A DNA stretch of 46,365 bases, from contig CAYTRL010000001.1 in assembly GCA_964439795.1 (NCBI GenBank), positions 1-46,365 of the forward strand, given 5' to 3'. This stretch comes from an uncultured Thermodesulfobacteriota bacterium (GTDB taxonomy: Bacteria > Desulfobacterota > DSWW01). Below are positions 7,969 to 15,777 of this stretch, in pieces. Made by a program: the position numbers and the translations under genes. Each line of letters starts with the position of its first letter. Within the stretch, counting starts at the first letter, position 1. The notes beneath the pieces were generated by a model. It made no database searches and had not been told where the DNA came from. It saw only the letters and a program-made list of their open reading frames with translations.

Positions 7969-9342
7969 ATGCCCGACTTTTCTCAGAAGCACCCGAAGAT
8001 CACCACCCTGCCCCTGCTGGACAAGGATCCCGACCTGTTGAAGTCCCTGGAACATCACTCCCGGTGGAAAAAGCCGATGCTGGTGATCCCGTCGCTGGCC
8101 AGCGAATTCAACCGGCCGGAGTCCCGCCCCATCTTCGAGAACATCGTGAAGGAGCTGCGCGAAGCCACCTACCTGGAAAAGATCATCATCGGACTGGACC
8201 AGGCCACGGAGTCGGATGTGGAGTTGGCGCGGGACATCCTGCGAAAGCACCACGTGGAGAACTATTTCCTCCAGTGGAACGACGGCCCGGCCTTTGCGGG
8301 GCTGTACGACATGCTGGAAAGGAACGGGTTCGATCTGAGCATCCGCGGCAAGGGCCGGAACGTGTTCATGAGCTTCGGGGTGGCCCTGGCCATGGAGGCC
8401 ACGGCCGTGGGCCTCGTGGACGCGGACATCCGCAGTTTCCGCCGGGAGCAGCTCGATCGGCTCTTCTTCCCGGTTCAGGTCCTGAACTACCAGTTCAGCA
8501 AGGGCTACTACGCCCGGTGGACCCATGACCGGATGTATGGAAGGGTCAAGCGGCTCCTCGTGGATCCCCTCCTCCTGGCCCTGAAACGGCGGTTCACCGA
8601 CTCCAACGAAGAGAAGATGCTCAAACTGATCGATTTTCTCCTGCTGTTCAACTATCAGCTCGCCGGGGAGGTGGTGATCAGCCGGGAGCTGCTGGAGAGG
8701 ATGCGCATTGCTCTGAACTGGGGCATCGAAATCTTCACCCTGATCGAGGTGTACCGGAAGGCCAACCAGAACCAGGTGGCCCAGGTGGATTTCAGCCAGG
8801 ACCCGTTCGAGCACAAGCACCAGAAGGTGTCCCCGGAGAAGAGCGGCGGCTTGCAGAAGATGTCCCTGGATATCATCTACACCCTGCTGAACGCACTGAT
8901 CATCGAAGAGGGACTGGAGGTCTCGCAGCACTTCTTCCGGGACCTGGCCATCACCTACGAGAGCGTGGCGCGGGACCTCATCAAGAAGTATTCCGACACG
9001 GCCCGCTTCAACAACATCGCCTACCACCGGGACACGGAGGAAGCCATGGTCACGGGTCCCCTCAAGGAGGGTATTCTGGGGGCGGCCGAGTACTTCCTGG
9101 AGCCCGGAAACCTGGCCAACCAGTTCCTCCGGTTCACCACCGCAAACCCGGAATTCAAGCCGTTCAACGAACAGGGCCTGCAGCAGACGATCCTCAAAGT
9201 GGCCGAACAGAACCGCATGCGGCCCGCCCTGCAGCCGGAAACGCCGTCCTGGGAGCGCGTCCAGGAAAAAACGCCGGACATCATTCTTCAGATGATCGAT
9301 GTTATCGAATCGGAAAAGAGAAAGTGGGGGCCTCTTTTTTAG
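7969..9342 (+). CDS. Glycosyltransferase resembling mannosylglycerate / glucosyl-3-phosphoglycerate synthases (GT78/GT81-like), with a long C-terminal extension
   Basis: ATG 7969 (MPDFSQK) with GGAGGA upstream. The stretch GKGRNVFMSFG...LVDADIRSF matches, from memory, the GKGDGMNTAL...FYDADITSF core of Rhodothermus mannosylglycerate synthase. Function assignment is moderate, the CDS call is strong. Confidence 0.6.
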   Translation: MPDFSQKHPKITTLPLLDKDPDLLKSLEHHSRWKKPMLVIPSLASEFNRPESRPIFENIVKELREATYLEKIIIGLDQATESDVELARDILRKHHVENYFLQWNDGPAFAGLYDMLERNGFDLSIRGKGRNVFMSFGVALAMEATAVGLVDADIRSFRREQLDRLFFPVQVLNYQFSKGYYARWTHDRMYGRVKRLLVDPLLLALKRRFTDSNEEKMLKLIDFLLLFNYQLAGEVVISRELLERMRIALNWGIEIFTLIEVYRKANQNQVAQVDFSQDPFEHKHQKVSPEKSGGLQKMSLDIIYTLLNALIIEEGLEVSQHFFRDLAITYESVARDLIKKYSDTARFNNIAYHRDTEEAMVTGPLKEGILGAAEYFLEPGNLANQFLRFTTANPEFKPFNEQGLQQTILKVAEQNRMRPALQPETPSWERVQEKTPDIILQMIDVIESEKRKWGPLF

Positions 9343-9447
9343 ACGGGAAGGCCTCATCGAAGAAAGAGGAACAACCACGGAACATGACGTATGCCTGTTT
9401 CAGATCTATGCCATCCGAAAAAGAGAGGTCGCGGCAGCAAGAGCAAG

Positions 9448-9888
9448 ATGCAGATCCTTTCCGCCACGGAAGGCGCGATCCGCACGGTTCTGTACCTGGC
9501 CCTTGAGGGGGACCAGCGAACGATCTCCAGCCAGGAGATCTGCCGCACCCAGGAAATCACCCCCGCGTTTCTCATCAAAGTCACCCGGCCGCTGGTGCGC
9601 AAGGGGATCCTCTGCTCCACCCGGGGGGTTGGCGGAGGGTTCGCCCTGGCGAGACCCCCGGATCATATCACCCTGCTGGAAATCGTTGAGACAATACAGG
9701 GCCCGCTGGTGTTCAACGACTGCCTTCAGAGTCCGGGGACCTGCGACCGGGACATGAACTGCCCGGTCCATCCCGTTTGGAAGCAGATCCGCAGAAACAC
9801 GGAGAACATCCTGGCTGGATGGTCCCTGACCGACTTGGTCAAGGTCGCCCGCGACAGGGGCGTCCCCTGGGAAAGCATCCACCTGTAG
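9448..9888 (+). CDS. Rrf2-family transcriptional regulator (probable Fe-S binding)
   Basis: MQILSATEGAIRTVLYLAL...ISSQEICRTQEITPAFLIKVTRPLVRKGIL.STRGVGGGFALARPP (wHTH). Three-Cys cluster C-x7-C-x5-C (CLQSPGTCDRDMNC). Confidence 0.85.
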   Translation: MQILSATEGAIRTVLYLALEGDQRTISSQEICRTQEITPAFLIKVTRPLVRKGILCSTRGVGGGFALARPPDHITLLEIVETIQGPLVFNDCLQSPGTCDRDMNCPVHPVWKQIRRNTENILAGWSLTDLVKVARDRGVPWESIHL

Positions 9889-9911
9889 GGAGATCAATAG
9901 GAATCCATAAG

Positions 9912-10427
9912 ATGAAGGGCTACGTACAGGTCTACACGGGAGACGGAAAGGGCAAGACCACAGCGGCACTGGGGCTGGCCATCCGGGCGGCCGGGGCCGG
10001 GCTGCGGGTTTACATCGCCCAGTTCGTGAAAGGGATGAGGTACAGCGAGCTGGAGACCCTCGAGCGCCTCCGGGACCGGATCACGATCCGGCAGTACGGC
10101 AGAACCTGTTTTATCCGGAAAGAACCCGAACGGGAAGACGTGCTGGCGGCACGGAACGGCCTTCAGGAGGCCCGTGAGATCCTCCGCGCCGGAGCCCATC
10201 AACTGGTCATCCTGGACGAGGCCAACATCGCCGTTCACTTCAACCTGTTCTCGGCCGATGAACTGGCGGAGCTGATCTCCGAGAAACCGGAAAACGTTGA
10301 GCTGGTAATCACAGGCAGAAACGCCCACCCGAAAATCCTGGAAGCCGCGGATCTCGTTACCGAAATGAGGGAGGTAAAGCATTACTACCATGAAGGGGTT
10401 GAGGCCCGCCCGGGCATCGAGTCCTAG
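9912..10427 (+). CDS. cobO: Cob(I)yrinic acid a,c-diamide (cob(I)alamin) adenosyltransferase, CobO/BtuR type
   Basis: MKGYVQVYTGDGKGKTTAALGLAIRAAGAG (P-loop), ILDE, VITGRNA, TEMREVKHYY. 171 aa. Lies 23 nt after the Rrf2 gene. Confidence 0.85.
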   Translation: MKGYVQVYTGDGKGKTTAALGLAIRAAGAGLRVYIAQFVKGMRYSELETLERLRDRITIRQYGRTCFIRKEPEREDVLAARNGLQEAREILRAGAHQLVILDEANIAVHFNLFSADELAELISEKPENVELVITGRNAHPKILEAADLVTEMREVKHYYHEGVEARPGIES

Positions 10428-10452
10428 TCCGGCGGGCGAGAAGCACCCGTCT

Positions 10453-10690
10453 GCGACGTTGGGCTCGGTCCGTGTCGCTACGATGACCTTCAAGGTCTAT
10501 CTCGCGACCCGGCCCTTCACCCGCCTTGCATACGAGCACTTCTTGCCCGCCGGAACAGAATAGAAAACCCTTACTATTTCCTTCCTTTTGGAAACTTCAG
10601 AACCGAAACATTGAGTTCCACGGGTGAGGGGGTAAGCCAGGCGGCCGCTGGGGAGTTCCCGGAGGACGCAGGGGCCGGTTCAGGTCTTTT
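10453..10690. repeat. Composite ~230-bp intergenic repeat, copy A
   Basis: Shares two blocks with 43590-43840: caa(a)ggtct.tctcgcgacccgg.ccttcacccgccttgcat...gcacttcttg.ccgccggaa, then about 70 nt later agccaggcggccgctggggagtt(t)cccg.aggacgc. Begins 26 nt after the cobO stop. Confidence 0.75.
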
Positions 10691-10946
10691 GAAGGCCCCA
10701 AGGACGAGGGAAGCTCCCCCGGACGCCCCCATCTGCTGCGTTCCCCCTTGCCGCGTCGCTGCGGCGACCTACGGTCGCTCCAACGTACGAAAAGTACGCC
10801 TCCGCTCCTCGGCTGCGGGGCGCCTTGCATATGGACCTTTCTCGAAAGCCGAAGCGAAAGGGTGGGGGAAATAAGGAACACGGGTGGCACCGATCTCGTT
10901 ATAGAAACCGGGTTCTTGCAGGAAAGGAATCTGATCTGGGAAGAAG

Positions 10947-11148
10947 CGGCGTTGGGCTCGTTCCGTATCGCTGCGACGACCTCAAAGGTCTGTCTCGCGA
11001 TCCGGCCCTTCACCCGCCTTGCATCCCCGCGATTTCTGCATGCCTACAACAGGCAAGCGTTCCGTCAAGTAGTTTAAGAAATCGCGTTCTTTACAGGCAC
11101 TTCTTGCCCGCTGGAATCGAATCATGAACCCTGTATTCTCAACAACCT
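10947..11148. repeat. Composite intergenic repeat, copy B (first block only, with a ~60-nt insertion)
   Basis: gcgttgggctcgttccgtatcgctgcgacgacctcaaaggtctgtctcgcgatccggcccttcacccgccttgcat ... ggcacttcttgcccgctggaatcgaatc. Ends at the stop codon of the convergent VWA gene. Confidence 0.7.
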
Positions 11149-11149
11149 G

Positions 11150-12532
11150 TCAGAGGGTGAGTTCGTTCACGAACTCGATCAGCTGCTTCAGGTTGCGGCA
11201 CTCACGTACCTGGTCGCAGTTCCGGCTGTAGCGGTGCATCATGGAATCACCGAACCTCCAGAAACCGCGGCTCTCCGGGTTGAGCCAGATGACGCGCCTC
11301 GCGCGTCTCCGGATGCGGGACAGGTATTTCTCCCCCGGAAAGAAAAAGTTGTTTCTTCCGTCCCCGATGACGATCACCGTGGTCTTCCGGTTCACGGCAT
11401 CCATCTGGTCCTCGCAGAACTGCTCGAACACGCTTCCGTAGTCTGTGTACCGGTTGTAGGCGATGCCGGCGTCGTTCAGGGCGGTCTCGATAGCCTCGTT
11501 CACCGGGCGGCGTTCGAAGCACTCCGTCACCTCTCCCAGTTCATCCACGAAAACGAAGCTCCGCACCTTGTCGAACTGGTCCTGAAGCGAGTAGAGCAGG
11601 TGGAGCATGAACCGGGATGCGTTCCACACGGAGCTGGACACGTCGCAGAGAGCCACGATCCGGGGCCGGGTTTTCTTTCGCTTCCGAAAAACCACCTCCA
11701 GGGGAACGCCCCCGTACCGGAGGCTTTTTCGAAGCGTGTGCTTGAGGCTGAACCGGCCCTTGCGGTTGCGGCGCTGCCGCAGAGCGGCCTCATCCCGGAT
11801 CTTCTTGGCCAGTTCCTGTACGGCGTGCTGCATCGACTTGATTTCCCAGCTGTTCAAGGCCCCGAACGATTTGTCCATGAGTGCCTGGTGGGGTTCCTCT
11901 TTTTTTTGCCTGGGGAGCTGAGCCCGCGCCTGACGGTCCACGTAATCGCGGATCACTTCCTCGAACCGCTGGATCCTTTCCGACAGCTCCTGTTCCAGGA
12001 ATGTACGCGTAGCTGCCGGGACTCCCTGCCGGGCCAGGGCCTCCATCAGGTTCGACAGTTCCTGCTCCCCGTTTTCCATGCCCATCGCTTTCCGGATTTT
12101 TTGCACGTAGTGGGAGGTCTGCAGCGGATACCGGATGTCCTGGATCCCCGCCCGGTTGCCTGCCTCCATCAGGTCGGCCGCCAGCACGGCCAGCCCCTCC
12201 AGGGCCAGTTTCCGCATCCAGGGGGAGAGCAGGCCGTTGGCCTGCTCCAGGATCTCCCGGAGGGAGTCCTCCATGCCGCTCTGTTCCAGTGCGGACGGCA
12301 GTTCTTCGTCGGGAATCTCCAGGGAGTGGAAGAAGAGGTCGAAGAGGTGTTCGAAGGTGGGCAGGTCCTCGGCCCGCTTGACGAGAGTGGTGCGCAGCAA
12401 GGCCCGGAAGAGGCCCCGCTCGCGGAGATCCACGTGTTCCATCCCGGTCAGGCTGTCCAGGGTCTCTTCCGGGGCGATCCGCATCCCGGAGCCGCGAAGG
12501 ATGTCGGCAAACTGGAGGATCTGCTCTTTCAT
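11150..12532 (-). CDS. VWA domain protein, CoxE-like partner of a MoxR ATPase
   Basis: N-terminus MKEQILQFADILRGSGMRIAPEETLDSL...LFRALLRTTLVKRAEDLPTFEHLFDLFF is typical of CoxE-type proteins. C-terminal VWA with MIDAS-like CDVSSS. Starts 3 nt after the moxR stop. Confidence 0.8.
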   Translation of the reverse strand: MKEQILQFADILRGSGMRIAPEETLDSLTGMEHVDLRERGLFRALLRTTLVKRAEDLPTFEHLFDLFFHSLEIPDEELPSALEQSGMEDSLREILEQANGLLSPWMRKLALEGLAVLAADLMEAGNRAGIQDIRYPLQTSHYVQKIRKAMGMENGEQELSNLMEALARQGVPAATRTFLEQELSERIQRFEEVIRDYVDRQARAQLPRQKKEEPHQALMDKSFGALNSWEIKSMQHAVQELAKKIRDEAALRQRRNRKGRFSLKHTLRKSLRYGGVPLEVVFRKRKKTRPRIVALCDVSSSVWNASRFMLHLLYSLQDQFDKVRSFVFVDELGEVTECFERRPVNEAIETALNDAGIAYNRYTDYGSVFEQFCEDQMDAVNRKTTVIVIGDGRNNFFFPGEKYLSRIRRRARRVIWLNPESRGFWRFGDSMMHRYSRNCDQVRECRNLKQLIEFVNELTL

Positions 12533-12535
12533 GGC

Positions 12536-13459
12536 TCACGCATCTTTCGGTTCCGCCGGCAGGACCCGTCCCAGATCCTTGAGCACCTGATCACGGTCCG
12601 CCGGGTGTTTCACCAACACGGGCAGGCCCTGGCGCACCTCGTCCGGGGAAAGCCGGTTGGCGTTGAGCAGCAGCAGGGTCCGGGCCCAGTCCAGCGCCTC
12701 CCCGATGCTGGGAGGCTTCTTCAGATCCATGTTCCGGATGGAACGGACCGCTTCGGCCACCTGCCGGAGCAGCTTCCGGTCCAGGCCCGGCACCTTGGCT
12801 TCCAGGATCCGGGCCTCCTGTTCGGGGGGTGGAAAATCCAGATAAAGGTAGAGGCATCGGCGCTTGAGACCGTCGCTCAACTCCCGGCTGTTGTTGCTGG
12901 TGAGCACCACCTGAGGGATCTGTCGAGCTTTCAGTGTCCCGATCTCCGGGATACTCACCTGAAAGTCGCTGAGCACCTCCAGCAGGAACGCCTCGAACTC
13001 GGGCTCCGCCTTGTCCACCTCGTCGATCAGGAGCACCACCGGGTCCGGGGAGCGGATGGCCTTCAGGAGAGGGCGTTCCACGATGAACCGGTCCGAGAAA
13101 AAAGCGCTTTCCTCGGAGGCGATCCGGTCCACGGCCTGGGACAGGGTGCTGCTGGATTCCAGTGTCTCAGCGATCTTGTCCTTGAGGATCTGGGTATAGA
13201 GGAGCTGCTTGGCGTACTCCCACTCGTAGAGGGCCTTGGTCTCGTCCAGCCCTTCGTAACACTGCATGCGGATGAGAGGGATCTCCTGGGACCCGGCCAG
13301 TACCTTGGCCAGGTCTGTCTTGCCCACCCCGGCGGGACCTTCCACCAGAAGGGGCTTCTGCAGCTGGAGGGCCAGGTACACCACGGTGGCGGTTTCACGG
13401 GAGCATATATACCCCTGCTTCTCCAGCCGGCTCTCGACCTCTTGGAAGGATGCAAACAT
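12536..13459 (-). CDS. MoxR/CoxD-like AAA+ ATPase
   Basis: Walker A LLVEGPAGVGKT, Walker B VVLLIDEVDKA, and the MoxR-type YEWEYAKQLL segment. RBS AGGGGAG upstream of ATG 13459. Confidence 0.85.
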   Translation of the reverse strand: MFASFQEVESRLEKQGYICSRETATVVYLALQLQKPLLVEGPAGVGKTDLAKVLAGSQEIPLIRMQCYEGLDETKALYEWEYAKQLLYTQILKDKIAETLESSSTLSQAVDRIASEESAFFSDRFIVERPLLKAIRSPDPVVLLIDEVDKAEPEFEAFLLEVLSDFQVSIPEIGTLKARQIPQVVLTSNNSRELSDGLKRRCLYLYLDFPPPEQEARILEAKVPGLDRKLLRQVAEAVRSIRNMDLKKPPSIGEALDWARTLLLLNANRLSPDEVRQGLPVLVKHPADRDQVLKDLGRVLPAEPKDA

Positions 13460-13495
13460 ATTGACTCCCCTTTTCCCGGGACGGGCGGCTGCCCG

Positions 13496-14668
13496 TTACC
13501 CGCCTGTTTCAATCCTCGTTGTTTCCATCGAATGTCCTGTGCCGGCAACCGGCTGAAGCAGTTCCCGGCCGATCCGCTCCATCTGTGCGCTGTACAGCTT
13601 GCGGTCGATCTGCAGCAGCCGCGCATCCTTCATGAGGATGGAGAACACGGGATCGTCGGAAAGATCCACCCCATGAAGCAGGGTCTCGAACGTTTCCCAC
13701 CAATGATGAAAGGCTTGCCCGAGGAACAGGAGCCTCGCCAGGCTTTCCCGGTCCAGGTCGTTCCGCTCCAGGGCCTTCAGGGTCCACAAGCGGGTGATCT
13801 CCCTCAACCCTTCCAGGGTGACGTGTGCCGAGGCGATCCGCGGGCCTGTCTTTTCGGTTCCGGGGTCGCAACGCCGGACAACGTGCTGGATCAGTCGGTC
13901 CAGGAGGGTGCGGAAATGAACGGCCATGGCGTACAACAGGATATGTCTTTCCCAGGCGAACACGGCCCGGGAGATCCCCACGTGCCCCTGGCCGATCCTG
14001 CCCAGCAGGTTCTCCTCGGGAACATGGCAGTCGTGAAAGATCAACTCCCCGTGCGGTGAGGTGTTCAGAAAGCCGAAATCCATCACCTGGCGGACCTGGA
14101 ACCCGGGGTTGGCGGTGTCCACGAGGAAAGCGGAAATCCCCTCTTTACCGGGGGCCGGGCCGGTGCGCGCCAGCACGATAACAAGATCAGCCACCGGGCC
14201 GTTGGTGATGAAGATCTTGTGTCCGCGGATCGTATAACCGCCGTTCTCCGCCGTTGCGGTGGTTTGCATCTTTTTCGGGTTTTCCCCGGTTCCCGGTTCC
14301 GATGCCGCCAGCGCCCCGATCTGATCGCCTCCGGCCAGTCGCGGGATGATTTCCTTCTTTTGGGCGGGGGTCCCGAACCGCTGGATTACGTGCGTGTGGA
14401 TCATGATGTGATCCAGCCAGGACAGGCACAGCCCCATGTCGCAACCCCCGGCGAGGAAAGCGTCGATGCCGTCCAGCAGGGTCTCGGTTCCCTTGCCCGA
14501 TCCCCCCAGCTCCGGGGGCACGAGAAAACCGAGCAGGCCCGCATCGGCCATCTGCTTCCAGAGTTCCCGGGAAAAGGACCGGTTCTCGTAGCGCCTGGTC
14601 AGGGAGGAAAGGACCTGTTCCCGGGCGAAGGTTCGTATGTCACTTGCTTTCATGGTGTCTCTTTTCAT
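13496..14668 (-). CDS. Acyl-CoA dehydrogenase family protein (divergent C-terminus)
   Basis: AGLLGFLVPPELGGSG, GALAASEPGTGENP, GGYTIRGHKIFITNGPVADLVIVLART. Start at 14668 or 14653; either overlaps the padR 3' end. Confidence 0.8.
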   Translation of the reverse strand: MKRDTMKASDIRTFAREQVLSSLTRRYENRSFSRELWKQMADAGLLGFLVPPELGGSGKGTETLLDGIDAFLAGGCDMGLCLSWLDHIMIHTHVIQRFGTPAQKKEIIPRLAGGDQIGALAASEPGTGENPKKMQTTATAENGGYTIRGHKIFITNGPVADLVIVLARTGPAPGKEGISAFLVDTANPGFQVRQVMDFGFLNTSPHGELIFHDCHVPEENLLGRIGQGHVGISRAVFAWERHILLYAMAVHFRTLLDRLIQHVVRRCDPGTEKTGPRIASAHVTLEGLREITRLWTLKALERNDLDRESLARLLFLGQAFHHWWETFETLLHGVDLSDDPVFSILMKDARLLQIDRKLYSAQMERIGRELLQPVAGTGHSMETTRIETGG

Positions 14669-15212
14669 CCTTCCCGGTTTGCAGCTCCCGTTGGAGTTCC
14701 TCCAGCCAGCTGATCCGGTGCTCCATCTCCTCCATGCCGTACTCCAGGATGCGGATCCGGAACCGGTCCGCCCCTCGCTTCTTCATCCGGGGAAGGATCT
14801 CGCGGTACGCTGCTGTTTTCTGCTCCGCGATGGCGATCTGTCTCTGGATCTTCTCCAGGGTACCCTGATCGTCCAGGTGGTTGAGGAAGGTGCACTTGGT
14901 AAAGAACGGATATCCCTGTATGAAATCGTACAGAACCCCGTCCTCCTCGTATTGTTCGGAACGGAGCCACTCCTGAAAGGCCTCCCTCCCCCTGGGGGTG
15001 ATGTGGATCAGCTTCCGAGCGGGCCCCTTTTCAGGGACCTGAACCTCGCGTTCGGTGAGCCCATCCTTCTCCATTCTGGCAAGTTCGGTGTAGAGCTGTC
15101 CTTCGTTGATGTTCCGGAAGTGACTCATGCGGTGGAGGATCTTTTTGCGGAGGCCGTACCCGTGTCCCGAATTCTCGGAGAGCAGTCCCAGCAAAACGTA
15201 TCGAAGCGACAA
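14640..15212 (-). CDS. PadR-family transcriptional regulator
   Basis: (TTG start) SLRYVLLGLLSENSGHGYGLRKKI...GQLYTELARMEKDGL is the PadR wHTH signature. GGGAGA RBS 4-5 nt upstream of the TTG at 15212. Confidence 0.8.
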   Translation of the reverse strand: MSLRYVLLGLLSENSGHGYGLRKKILHRMSHFRNINEGQLYTELARMEKDGLTEREVQVPEKGPARKLIHITPRGREAFQEWLRSEQYEEDGVLYDFIQGYPFFTKCTFLNHLDDQGTLEKIQRQIAIAEQKTAAYREILPRMKKRGADRFRIRILEYGMEEMEHRISWLEELQRELQTGKDEKRHHESK

Positions 15213-15231
15213 AATATCTCCCTTCGTTTAT

Positions 15232-15255
15232 ATATACCTTACTGTTAAGGTATAT
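15232..15255. promoter_or_regulatory. Perfect 10-4-10 palindrome upstream of padR, a candidate PadR operator overlapping AT-rich -10-like sequence
   Basis: atatacctta-ctgt-taaggtatat, located 20 nt upstream of the padR start codon. It is an AT-rich island in GC-rich DNA. Confidence 0.45.
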
Positions 15256-15299
15256 TAGCGGGATCCTAGCTTCCTGTCAACCTGTTTTTGAGATTGCAT

Positions 15300-15480
15300 G
15301 CAGAGCGAAGATGATATCAGCTGTCGGCTGTCGGCTTTCAGCATTCGGCTCCATCGCACCAGCCCCTCTCATGCAGAGAGACACAGAAGTGGAGATTGCG
15401 AGCGGAGCGTGGCAACCCCCCGGCACCCATTTCCCTTCTGCGCCAGGGGCTTGCCGCGTCGTCTACGACTCCTCGCAATG
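15300..15480. repeat. Intergenic repeat cluster (tandem ctgtcgg motif, a block shared with 254-283, and a long imperfect hairpin)
   Basis: ctcatgcagagagacacagaagtggagatt (15368-15397) versus ctcatgcagggagacacaagatgggagatt (254-283), 26/30 identity. attgcgag (15394-15401) pairs with ctcgcaat (15471-15478). attgcgaggag recurs at about 46204-46214. Confidence 0.55.
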
Positions 15481-15676
15481 TCCCTCATGGGCATCGGTTC
15501 CGGTCACCAGGGATCCAGCACCCTATGGGAGAGCCAACGGTTTGGGTTGGCACCATCACAATGTCCCCGGCTTTGCCGGGGAACTATTGACGTATACAGG
15601 GAGGTGGATTTCGATGTTTGCAGGTCGGAAGGGAGGAAAGAAGTCCTCTGAGATACCTGTTTCCAGGTTGACCCTC

Positions 15677-15710
15677 AAAAAAAACGGGCCGGAGGATCGC
15701 TCCGGCCCGT
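15677..15710 (-). terminator. Rho-independent terminator of the tauE/TIGR02186-like operon
   Basis: On the minus strand: ACGGGCCGGAG-CGATC-CTCCGGCCCGT followed by UUUUUUUU. An 11-bp GC-rich stem, 67 nt downstream of the stop at 15778. Confidence 0.85.
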
Positions 15711-15777
15711 TCGAGATCTCTTCTCCAGGGTCTGGCAGGGAACTGAGGGCTGAATGCTGGAAGCCCGGTGCTGCCTG

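Noticed and set aside
10597-11013. 138-aa minus-strand ORF in the cobO-vwa gap, plus the overlapping small ORFs
   Set aside because: It lies entirely within repeat copies. Its N-terminus MKGRIARQTFE is the same pseudo-peptide produced by the repeat at 43420-43641 (MKVRVARQTFE), so it is a repeat translation artefact.
11108-11127. ccggaatcgaatc / ctggaatcgaatc motifs (also near 43690) resembling a tRNA T-arm
   Set aside because: No acceptor stem, anticodon arm or D-arm can be drawn around them. The motif is simply part of the composite repeat.
11234-14059. 941-aa ORF on the plus strand
   Set aside because: It is antisense to the vwa, moxR and ACAD genes, all of which carry strong motifs (Walker A/B and others). 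It has low-complexity R/G/P/H/L composition and spans three independently supported genes.
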